In this document: positions 16,556-24,283 of the stretch, piece by piece
Numbering within the stretch: the first letter of the stretch is position 1
Layout of the letters: each line of letters begins with the position of its first letter
Assembly: GCA_900767835.1 (NCBI GenBank)
Contig: CAAGAO010000025.1
Location: forward strand, 15,977-79,976
DNA: 64,000 nucleotides
Source of the DNA: Clostridia bacterium
GTDB lineage: Bacteria; Bacillota; Clostridia; Christensenellales; UBA1242
Direction: 5' to 3'
Program-made: the position numbers and the translations under genes
The notes under the pieces: model-generated
Database searches by the model: none
What the model saw: only the letters and a program-made list of their open reading frames with translations
Told to the model about the DNA's origin: nothing

Positions 16556-17278
16556 TTGGAGCATACCAACTTGGAAACAAAAGTAAAAGCAATAGTCATA
16601 GATAGTAGAGATTATAAAGAAAAAGATATGTTAGTCACCTTGTTTACACTAGAAGAAGGTATAATTACGGTGACTTTTAAAGGTGTTAAAAACACAAATG
16701 CAAAATTAAAAAGCGCCAAGGAATTATTTTCTTTTGGCGATTTTATATATGTGAAAGGTAAAACAAATGTGGTAATATCAGCCGATATTATCAATTCATT
16801 TTATGATATAACTAAAAATTTGAATAATTTTTATACCGCTTGTAATATATTAAAGATTATAAAAACAGTTTTGCCACAAGGAGAGATAAGTTCTAGCCTT
16901 TTTGTAGACACTTTAAAAGCACTAAATTTGCTATCAGAAAATAAAATAGATAGTTTATATGTTATAAATAAGTATTTGATACGAATTTTTGAAGGCTTTG
17001 GTTATAGATTTAACTTAAACAAATGCTCAACTTGTGGTTGTGAGTTTATTTCACACCGTTTTATGAACCTAAGATATGGCGATATAACTTGCTATAATTG
17101 TAGAGTAGGCGAAGTGGAAGAAATTTCCCCAGCAACTTATCAAGCATTAAGAATATTATCTCAAACTGATTATTCTTCATTGTCAACATTAAAACTATCA
17201 AAAAATATCTTGCAAGACACATTTGCTATTTTACATAAGAATTATATGTTTCGATTTAATCAAAAATTAGACATGTAA
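16556..17278 (+). CDS. recO: DNA repair protein RecO
   Basis: OB-fold N-terminus plus CSTCGC...CYNC zinc finger. TTG start, exact start uncertain. Confidence 0.9.
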   Translation: MEHTNLETKVKAIVIDSRDYKEKDMLVTLFTLEEGIITVTFKGVKNTNAKLKSAKELFSFGDFIYVKGKTNVVISADIINSFYDITKNLNNFYTACNILKIIKTVLPQGEISSSLFVDTLKALNLLSENKIDSLYVINKYLIRIFEGFGYRFNLNKCSTCGCEFISHRFMNLRYGDITCYNCRVGEVEEISPATYQALRILSQTDYSSLSTLKLSKNILQDTFAILHKNYMFRFNQKLDM

Positions 17279-17348
17279 TTAAAATGTCGACCTGCTTTAG
17301 CATATTAAGAAATAAATAATTTAAATTAATGACTAACAAAAATGACCG

Positions 17349-17480
17349 ATGTTATGTCCTCAAATTTAAACGATTCGCAAACCTTCGCTCACACAACTAA
17401 CACTAAAGTCACTCACAAACCTTTGCTCTTCTGTCAGGGGAGCAAAGGTTTGTGAGTGACTTGATTTTTTTGTGATTAAA
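17349..17480 (+). repeat. CTGTCAGGGGAG-core repeat, full-length copy (G)
   Basis: 5' flank ATGTTATGTCCTCAAATTTA, long arms, loop with CTGTCAGGG, 3' flank TTGATTTTTTTGTGA. Related copies lie at 4332-4427 and 6094-6138. Confidence 0.7.
17406..17471 (+). terminator. strong intrinsic terminator after recO (built from the repeat)
   Basis: 23-bp perfect stem AAGTCACTCACAAACCTTTGCTC / GAGCAAAGGTTTGTGAGTGACTT, 11-nt loop, then GATTTTTTT. Confidence 0.8.
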
Positions 17481-17512
17481 TCAAAAGTTTGTTGCTTTAA
17501 AAATAAATATTC

Positions 17513-17705
17513 AACCTATTTCTTCGAAGATACCGCTTCGCAAGAGAGTTCGCACTGCGAACGAAAGAAACATCATTATACTAAATATACGCACTTCGAA
17601 GAGTTAAATTCGCTAGGAGAGAACCGACCACGAATGAGTGAAATTATATAATAAACCTATTTCTCCGAAGGACAACTTCGCAAGAGAGTTCGCACTGCGA
17701 ACGAA
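17513..17705 (+). repeat. two dispersed direct repeats of 52-53 nt
   Basis: Copies at 17513-17565 and 17654-17705. The last 30 nt are identical (CTTCGCAAGAGAGTTCGCACTGCGAACGAA) and contain the hairpin GTTCGC-act-GCGAAC. Confidence 0.8.
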
Positions 17706-17756
17706 TGTAGTGAGTGAGCATGTTTGGTGCGAAAGAAAAAAATTACACTCGTCAAG

Positions 17757-17869
17757 ACGAAATTTTGCGTTAGCAAAATGAGTCCCAAAAGAGTGATAAT
17801 TTTTTCAGTGCCCGTTAAAACGAAATTTTGCGTTAGCAAAATGAGTTCCAATAGGGCAACAATTTTTTC
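17757..17869. repeat. tandem repeat, two units of about 50 nt (period 63)
   Basis: The first 27 nt are identical in both units (ACGAAATTTTGCGTTAGCAAAATGAGT at 17757 and 17820). Each unit has the hairpin ATTTTGC-gtta-GCAAAAT. Confidence 0.8.
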
Positions 17870-18132
17870 TATCTTATAATTACAAACACAATTACCAAAA
17901 CTAATGCAACGGTGTAGCCAATATACCACCATACATTGCGTTTTGTTCTTACATAAAAGAAAGCGGAAATTGCGGTTATAGTGTATGCTATGCTTTCGCC
18001 AATTGTTCTAAGTGCAGAAATAAATGAACCGTCACCAGAAAAAATCTTTTGTAAAACTAAAACAATAGCAACCAAACACAAACCAATGAATGCAATGCAA
18101 TCAATTACTTTGCCAAAATTATTTTTTGCCAT
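17869..18132 (-). CDS. small 3-TM membrane protein, function unknown
   Basis: Good RBS on the minus strand (AAGGAG 7 nt before ATG). 87 aa with three hydrophobic segments. Confidence 0.6.
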   Translation of the reverse strand: MAKNNFGKVIDCIAFIGLCLVAIVLVLQKIFSGDGSFISALRTIGESIAYTITAISAFFYVRTKRNVWWYIGYTVALVLVIVFVIIR

Positions 18133-18217
18133 AATATTATCTCCTTAATACACTAATATAATATAGTTTGTAGGCAAATAATGTCAACTTTTTTGTAAAA
18201 ATTACCCAGTTTGTGTA

Positions 18218-18246
18218 TTGACATCACAAATTAACTATTGTATAAT
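18218..18246 (+). promoter_or_regulatory. consensus sigmaA promoter for the GLUG-repeat protein gene
   Basis: TTGACA (18218-18223), 17-nt spacer, TATAAT (18241-18246). Confidence 0.7.
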
Positions 18247-18273
18247 TGAAACGATATTAATTAAGAGGTGAGT

Positions 18274-21093
18274 ATGAAAAAGTTTTTAATGTATGTGATA
18301 ATTGTTATAACTTGCTTATTCTTAGGTTTTACAATTTACTATTTAACTCAAAACAATGAAAACATTTATATGACAATTTCCAAAGAAGAAACTATTTATA
18401 AAAACAAGGGTGAGTCAATTTTGTTAGACGACTTACTTACTTGGACAAAACCATACAAAACAACTACCATCGCAATTTCTTCAGCAGATGAAAATGTTGT
18501 AATGTATGATGAAAACACAAAAAGATTTGATTGCTTAAGTGGTGGTTTTAGTTCAATAACTATTACTCCATCTAATGACAAATTTGGTCCTTTTGTATTT
18601 GATATCCATGTTGGTGATGGTACTATGGCTAATCCTTACATAATTGATAGTGTTGAAGATTTAGCATTAATAGGCAATGATCCACAATTAAGATTTAACT
18701 TAACAAATAGTTATATCTTAACAAAAGATATTGATTTGCAATCATATAACAATGGAGTTTGGGCTCCACTTGGAGAATTGGTTGGCTCATTCAATGGTGA
18801 CGGACATACTATTTATAACCTAAATGTAACAACGGGTTCTTCCGCTGGTTTATTTGCAAGCATTGCAAGAACTGGTATGGTTGAAAATGTTAAATTCAGC
18901 AATGCAGTTATTAATGGTGCTTTTGATAATGTCGGTGTTGTTGCTGGTGTTAACAAAGGTACAGTTGGTAAAATTCAAGTTTTATCTGCTGATATTACAA
19001 ACACATCTTTAACTGGTAACACAGGTGTCATTGTAGGCTCAAACGAATGGGACACAACTGCTGGTTTAGTTAATATGTGCTCTGCAACTGCAGTTATTAC
19101 CGCAAACGGTAATGTAGGTGGCTTGGTTGGTTATAACAAATCAAGCATTGTGTTAAACTCATATGCCGTTGTTAATAAATTTACAACAAATAATACAACC
19201 GCTTTCTTTGGTGGTTTAGTTGGCGTTAATTCTTCAACATATAATGCAGAAGGAGAAGTTTATTACGCATCTGCAATTAAAAATAGTTATGTTGTTATCA
19301 ACGCAGTTGAGGGCAATGCAAATATTGGTGCTATCTTAGGCAAAAATGAAGAAGCAACTTATGCGGGTCAAATGTACTTTAATAAATACATTGGCTGTAT
19401 ATATGCTTTAAACACTGGTGTAACAGCAAATAGTGTCGCAGTTGAAGATACAACAATTAAAGCGGAAGATAAAGCAAACTTTATTAATAAATCTAAAGAA
19501 CAATTACTTGAAAAAGCAACATATGCTGGTTATAATTTTGATACAGTATGGCAAATAAAAGATGCTGAAACTGCAAGTTTAAATTACAATGGTGCTTATG
19601 AAGTATATAACATTATTGCAGTTGGTAAGGAAATTACTCCAGATGTAACACCACTTATAGATTTCTTAAGAGGTCTTGTTGGTCATACTTCAGAAAACAC
19701 AGCAACATATAAAGTAAATAAAGACACAGTAATTGATTTAAACGGCGAATATTGGGAAACAATAGCACCAAGAGAATCTGAACCATTACTTGCATCTATT
19801 TATGTAGAAGATGGCTTTACTTGTGTAATTAAAAACTTTAAATTAAGAAACGCAAACTCAAGTTTCTTTGGTTATATTTCTGGTAACACATTAATTTCTG
19901 GTATTACTTTTGAAAATGTGACAGTTGAATCTTGCTCGGCTGAAAATTCCGCTATTGTTGCAACTGGTTTGTTAAAAGGTGCAACTTTAGATAAAATTAC
20001 GATAAAAGATTATAAAGAAATTGATACTCAAGCAAAAAATGCTGGTATAATTTGTGGTTTAAATAAAGGTACAATCAGTAATTGCTCAGTTATTTGTTCT
20101 GAACTTAAAGGATTTAAAGTAAGTCTTTCAGAAAACTTAACTAATGCTGGTGCTATCGTTGGTAATAACGATGGTTATGTAGATAATTGTAAAGTTGATA
20201 TGGTGCAATTAAATGTTAATGTAAACACCAAGAGAGATGGTAGTTTGAACTATGGCGGTATTGCTGGTATAAGTTCAAATACGATATCAAATTGTAAAGT
20301 TGTAGGTTTCTATAGTGAAACAACAGCAACTGGTACAGTTTATGCTGGCGGTATAGTTGGTTATATGTCAACTACTGGTGCAAGTGTTGTAAACAAATCA
20401 TATTCAATGGCTACATTAAAGGTTATAGATTCTAACTCTAAAGCATATGTTGCTGGTATTGCAGGTTATGTTGCTGGAGGGGCAAACATTAAAGGTAGTT
20501 TCCATAGTGCTGGCGAATTATGGGCAAGCAATGTTGGTGGAATTGCTGGTATTAATGATGGTACAATTTATTCATCTTATGTTGGCGAATGTCAACTTAA
20601 AGGTTACAAAGTTGGTGGTTTAGCAACTTTAATCAATGGTAAAGTTACAGATTGCTATGTTTTAGCAGACATTACAACTCCTGGTAACAGTGGTAAACTT
20701 TGCGGAATTGCTTTCTATATTGGACCTAATTGCTATGTTGAACATAACTTTAGTAATGCAACATTCTCTGGTAATGCAGAATACTTTGCAGAAACAACAG
20801 CAGAATTTAGAGCAAACAAATATGTTAGAGGACTTGCTGATTTGTTCGGTAAAGATAAATTTGGTAAATTTACAAATAATATTATTTTAGTTAACAACAA
20901 TGCAAAAATTCAACCTTCTTCAGAGTTATTTAACAAAAAAACAGGTTGGATAGATTGTTCACTTGATCAATGTAACGGAACAACTGGTAACTATTCAGTA
21001 TTCAAAGACAAAGCAGGTTTTGATACTAATGTTTGGAATTTTGATGTTGAAAGCGGATTCCCAACTTTAAAAGAAGTTGCTATTGCAGATTAA
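18274..21093 (+). CDS. large secreted/surface protein with GLUG-motif repeats
   Basis: AAGAGG RBS then ATG 18274. N-terminal signal-anchor. More than 12 repeats of G(G/A)(L/I)(V/A)G (GGLVG, GGIAG, GGIVG, AGIAG). No LPXTG motif. Confidence 0.75.
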   Translation: MKKFLMYVIIVITCLFLGFTIYYLTQNNENIYMTISKEETIYKNKGESILLDDLLTWTKPYKTTTIAISSADENVVMYDENTKRFDCLSGGFSSITITPSNDKFGPFVFDIHVGDGTMANPYIIDSVEDLALIGNDPQLRFNLTNSYILTKDIDLQSYNNGVWAPLGELVGSFNGDGHTIYNLNVTTGSSAGLFASIARTGMVENVKFSNAVINGAFDNVGVVAGVNKGTVGKIQVLSADITNTSLTGNTGVIVGSNEWDTTAGLVNMCSATAVITANGNVGGLVGYNKSSIVLNSYAVVNKFTTNNTTAFFGGLVGVNSSTYNAEGEVYYASAIKNSYVVINAVEGNANIGAILGKNEEATYAGQMYFNKYIGCIYALNTGVTANSVAVEDTTIKAEDKANFINKSKEQLLEKATYAGYNFDTVWQIKDAETASLNYNGAYEVYNIIAVGKEITPDVTPLIDFLRGLVGHTSENTATYKVNKDTVIDLNGEYWETIAPRESEPLLASIYVEDGFTCVIKNFKLRNANSSFFGYISGNTLISGITFENVTVESCSAENSAIVATGLLKGATLDKITIKDYKEIDTQAKNAGIICGLNKGTISNCSVICSELKGFKVSLSENLTNAGAIVGNNDGYVDNCKVDMVQLNVNVNTKRDGSLNYGGIAGISSNTISNCKVVGFYSETTATGTVYAGGIVGYMSTTGASVVNKSYSMATLKVIDSNSKAYVAGIAGYVAGGANIKGSFHSAGELWASNVGGIAGINDGTIYSSYVGECQLKGYKVGGLATLINGKVTDCYVLADITTPGNSGKLCGIAFYIGPNCYVEHNFSNATFSGNAEYFAETTAEFRANKYVRGLADLFGKDKFGKFTNNIILVNNNAKIQPSSELFNKKTGWIDCSLDQCNGTTGNYSVFKDKAGFDTNVWNFDVESGFPTLKEVAIAD

Positions 21094-21109
21094 TAATAGT
21101 TAAAAATTA

Positions 21110-21153
21110 AAAATAAGGTAAGTATTTGATTTAAAGTACTACCTTATTTTTTT
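21110..21153 (+). terminator. intrinsic terminator after the GLUG protein gene
   Basis: AAAATAAGGTA(a)GTA / TACTACCTTATTTT stem followed by a T-run. Confidence 0.7.
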
Positions 21154-21563
21154 GGTTCTTTGTCAACAATGGGGGGCAAAATATTTTAGTATTGTTTTAG
21201 TATTGTTGTGTGTCTCTTTAAAAGCCTAGACTTTTGGCGAAATTTTATTTATTAAAGTATTTTTTAATAGGTTGAAACCATATTAAAATTAATAATAATT
21301 TTTTTGCAAAAAAATAGAACAAATGTTTGTATTTTTTTAAAAAGTATGTTAATATAATAAAAAGCGAAAAAAGAGTCGGCATATTGTTTAACGCAAATTA
21401 TACTTTAACTCGTGATTCAATTATGTGAGAAGTGTAGTAATATTGTTATATGTGTTTTAGTGTTCAATAGCTCAAAGTAAATTTTGATAGTTATAAAGAA
21501 TAAATTTTATGCATAAAATGAATAATATATGCCTATATTTTAACTAATGCTAAAAGGAAAGTT

Positions 21564-21869
21564 ATGAAAGATTATTTAATTTTTGCGATATTAATGTTTT
21601 TAATTAAAAATAGACATACAACTGCAAAAGATATAGCACAAAATTTTGAAATAAGTCCAAGAAGTGTTTATAGATATATAGATGCATTAAGTTTACTAGG
21701 AATGCCAATAATAACAAAACTAGGCAATGGTGGTGGTGTTGAATTAATTGGTGATGTATGTTTGGAAAATTTGCTTTTGTCAAAAATTGAAAAACAATCG
21801 TTATTTGAGTTTATGCAAAGGGCAGATTTACCAGAAAATATTAAAAACATCTTAAAAAAACTTATTTAG
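21564..21869 (+). CDS. stand-alone HTH domain protein (HTH_11 / YafY N-terminal-like)
   Basis: TTAKDIAQNFEISPRSVYRYIDALSLLGMPI is a winged-helix pattern. Only 101 aa, with no WYL or effector domain. Confidence 0.65.
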   Translation: MKDYLIFAILMFLIKNRHTTAKDIAQNFEISPRSVYRYIDALSLLGMPIITKLGNGGGVELIGDVCLENLLLSKIEKQSLFEFMQRADLPENIKNILKKLI

Positions 21870-21954
21870 ATATTTTTACTTAATTGTTTTGTATAAATGT
21901 AAAAAACAATGTATCAAAAACTATTTAAAATATTGATTTTATAAACGTCAAAAA

Positions 21955-23097
21955 TTAACTATATTGTCTTGCAATTTTTTTAATTACTTTAATAAAATTT
22001 TCACACTCCGTAAAAGTATTAAAATAACTTAAAGAAATTCTAACTATACCTTGGTTAACAGTATTTAATTGTTTATGTTTTAGGCTGGCACAATGCAAAC
22101 CACCTCTAACACAAATACCATATTTAGATGAAAGTTCGGTTGCAATATCATTACTGTCAATATTTGCAACATTAAATCCAATAACACCAAAGCAGGCATT
22201 GTTAGATAGTGTATATGTCTTAATATTTTCTATTTTAGATAGTTCAAAAAGCAGATAAGTAGACAAATCGTCTATTTTTTTATTGATTTTGTTAAAATTC
22301 TCTTGCACAAACTTTATTCCTTCACCCAATGCTAAAATATTTGGAGTTGCAAGAGTTCCACTTTCTAAACACTCTGGATATTCACTCGGTTGATACACAT
22401 CTAAAGACGCGGTGCCAGTCCCGCCAAAACGAATAGGTTTGACATTTGCTCTAACACCAAAGGCAAAGACTCCTATTCCTTGCGGAGCATACAAAGCCTT
22501 GTGTGGAGCAAGAGCGAGCATATCAATATGTTCGCGTTGCATATCAATTTTGATATGCCCAGCGCTTTGTGCACAGTCAACTAAAAATAGTATGCAATGT
22601 TTTAAACACAATTCGCCAATTTCCTTAATTAAAGCAGTATCGCCATTGACATTGCTTACATGATTAACCGCAACTAGATATGTGTTTGGTTTAATAAGTG
22701 GCGATATATCACTGGCTGTTAATGTTCCACGAATCTTTGGGGTCGCAATCGAAACCTCTACAAGTCCTTGTTTTTCTAGCTCAAAAATAGGGCGGGAAAG
22801 TGAATTATGAGCATCACATGATAAAATAATATGTCCGCCTTTAACAGCAGTTCCAAGAACACCTAAATTTAAAGCATCTGTGCAGTTTTGTGTAAATATT
22901 ATGTGCTCAGGTTTGTCACTACCTAAAAAGTCGCATAATTGTTGCCTAACATTAAACACCTTTTCTCCAGCAAGCATACTCAAACTGTGCCCGCTTCGTC
23001 CGGGATTTGCCGAATATGTTGTCATTCCATCTAAAAAAGCCTTAACAACTTCTTTTGGTTTTGTGTAGGTTGTAGCACTATTATCAAAATATATCAT
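21955..23097 (-). CDS. cysteine desulfurase family protein (aminotransferase class V)
   Basis: PLP-lysine context LALAPHKALYAPQGIG, Cys loop GGLHCAS. About 380 aa. AAAGGTG RBS. Confidence 0.85.
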   Translation of the reverse strand: MIYFDNSATTYTKPKEVVKAFLDGMTTYSANPGRSGHSLSMLAGEKVFNVRQQLCDFLGSDKPEHIIFTQNCTDALNLGVLGTAVKGGHIILSCDAHNSLSRPIFELEKQGLVEVSIATPKIRGTLTASDISPLIKPNTYLVAVNHVSNVNGDTALIKEIGELCLKHCILFLVDCAQSAGHIKIDMQREHIDMLALAPHKALYAPQGIGVFAFGVRANVKPIRFGGTGTASLDVYQPSEYPECLESGTLATPNILALGEGIKFVQENFNKINKKIDDLSTYLLFELSKIENIKTYTLSNNACFGVIGFNVANIDSNDIATELSSKYGICVRGGLHCASLKHKQLNTVNQGIVRISLSYFNTFTECENFIKVIKKIARQYS

Positions 23098-23333
23098 ATT
23101 TCACCTTTTTATGTTTCTCTTAATACAATGATATGATTAAACAATAGTTTTTGTTTAATTATTACAATAAAAAAAGCAGTTAAATTAAATGGTAAAATAG
23201 ATTTAATTTAAAAAATTTTAAATTAATAAATTTAATAATAATTAAAATTAATTGTATTGTTAAATAAATAAATTTAAGCAATAAAATTTAAAGAATTAAA
23301 TCTAACAATTTAAAATATCAAGGAGGTGTTAAA

Positions 23334-23540
23334 ATGTTGGCAGTCTTTCGTTCTAGAACCGAGACATTAAATTTTGCGTCATTGCTTCGTTCCTATGGTG
23401 TGAATTGTACTGTGGTGAATACACCACGAAAAATCAATGTTTCTTGTGGAATTTCAGTGCAATTTTCCACTCGCGACCTACCAATAGTAAAACAAATATT
23501 ATCTAGAAGACATTTTGACACTTTTGCAGGAATTTATTAA
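23334..23540 (+). CDS. DUF3343 (putative Se/S carrier-like) small protein
   Basis: AAGGAGG RBS. 68 aa. FRSRTETLNFASLLRSYGV...TPRKI..SCGISV fits the DUF3343 pattern. Divergent from the desulfurase gene. Confidence 0.6.
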   Translation: MLAVFRSRTETLNFASLLRSYGVNCTVVNTPRKINVSCGISVQFSTRDLPIVKQILSRRHFDTFAGIY

Positions 23541-23727
23541 TATATATTTAATTTTTTATAAAAAATTATTTAAAATTATTTGTTTTGAGACAAAAGATAT
23601 AAACTAGCATTTTTCTTGCGATTTTTTATTAATATATATAAACTAAACTTGAGCCAAAAACATAAATATTTGACAAATTATTATATGTGTGATAACATAT
23701 ATATAATAAATAAGGGGAGAAATATTT

Positions 23728-24066
23728 ATGAAACAAATATATAATGTGATTTTAACAGCCTTGACTATTGCAATGTTGGCTCTTTTAACCTTTGCAAAAT
23801 TAAATGAAATTGGCGGTTGGGTAGATTTAACAAAATATAAAGATGTAATTAATATTGTTAGTTCATATGGACCTATGGTGCTTGTGTGCTTGTTTGCCTT
23901 TGGTAGTTTGTTTGGTAGGGTTTTGTCTAAAGTTTTCTTTGTTATAATTTTATTACTTTTGATAGTATTTACTATTACAATGTTCTTCCCTGAATGGGTT
24001 GGTTCATTATTTAAAAAAGCAGATGATGCTGGTGCTGTTATTTCAATGTTAAAATATATGATTTAA
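23728..24066 (+). CDS. small 3-TM membrane protein, function unknown
   Basis: AAGGGGAG RBS. 112 aa and hydrophobic. Confidence 0.5.
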   Translation: MKQIYNVILTALTIAMLALLTFAKLNEIGGWVDLTKYKDVINIVSSYGPMVLVCLFAFGSLFGRVLSKVFFVIILLLLIVFTITMFFPEWVGSLFKKADDAGAVISMLKYMI

Positions 24067-24283
24067 TCTTCAATCATAAAAAAGTCCATTTTAAAAATAT
24101 CAAAATTTGTTATGTAAAATTGTTAACTTTATGCATGCAGTTTGGTGTTAAAATATGGTCTTTTTTATTTTAATATATTAGTTATTTTAAATATTTAATT
24201 TTTAAAAAATAATTGCTTTTTAAATTAAAAAACTTTAGAATGAATAATAAGTTATTAGTACAGACTATAATTAAAGGTGAAAT

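Noticed and set aside
17657-17932. 91-aa minus-strand ORF
   Set aside because: It reads through the tandem and dispersed repeats, and its internal repeat LLTQNFVLT simply mirrors the 63-nt DNA period. It also overlaps the 3' end of the real 87-aa gene. It is treated as non-coding repeat DNA.
20690-20890. 66-aa alternative-frame ORF inside the GLUG protein gene
   Set aside because: It is embedded in a long, well-supported reading frame and has no RBS.
21883-21910. ATTGTTTT / AAAACAAT hairpin between the convergent HTH and desulfurase genes as a bidirectional terminator
   Set aside because: The stem is 8 bp and A/T-only with a 12-nt loop. It is too weak to call with confidence, although its location is appropriate.
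23100-23333. Highly repetitive-looking AAATTTAA/TTAAAT-rich spacer, considered as iterons or a CRISPR-like array
   Set aside because: It contains only short, irregular AT-only words with no fixed period or spacer structure. It is consistent with a divergent promoter region in an AT-rich genome.
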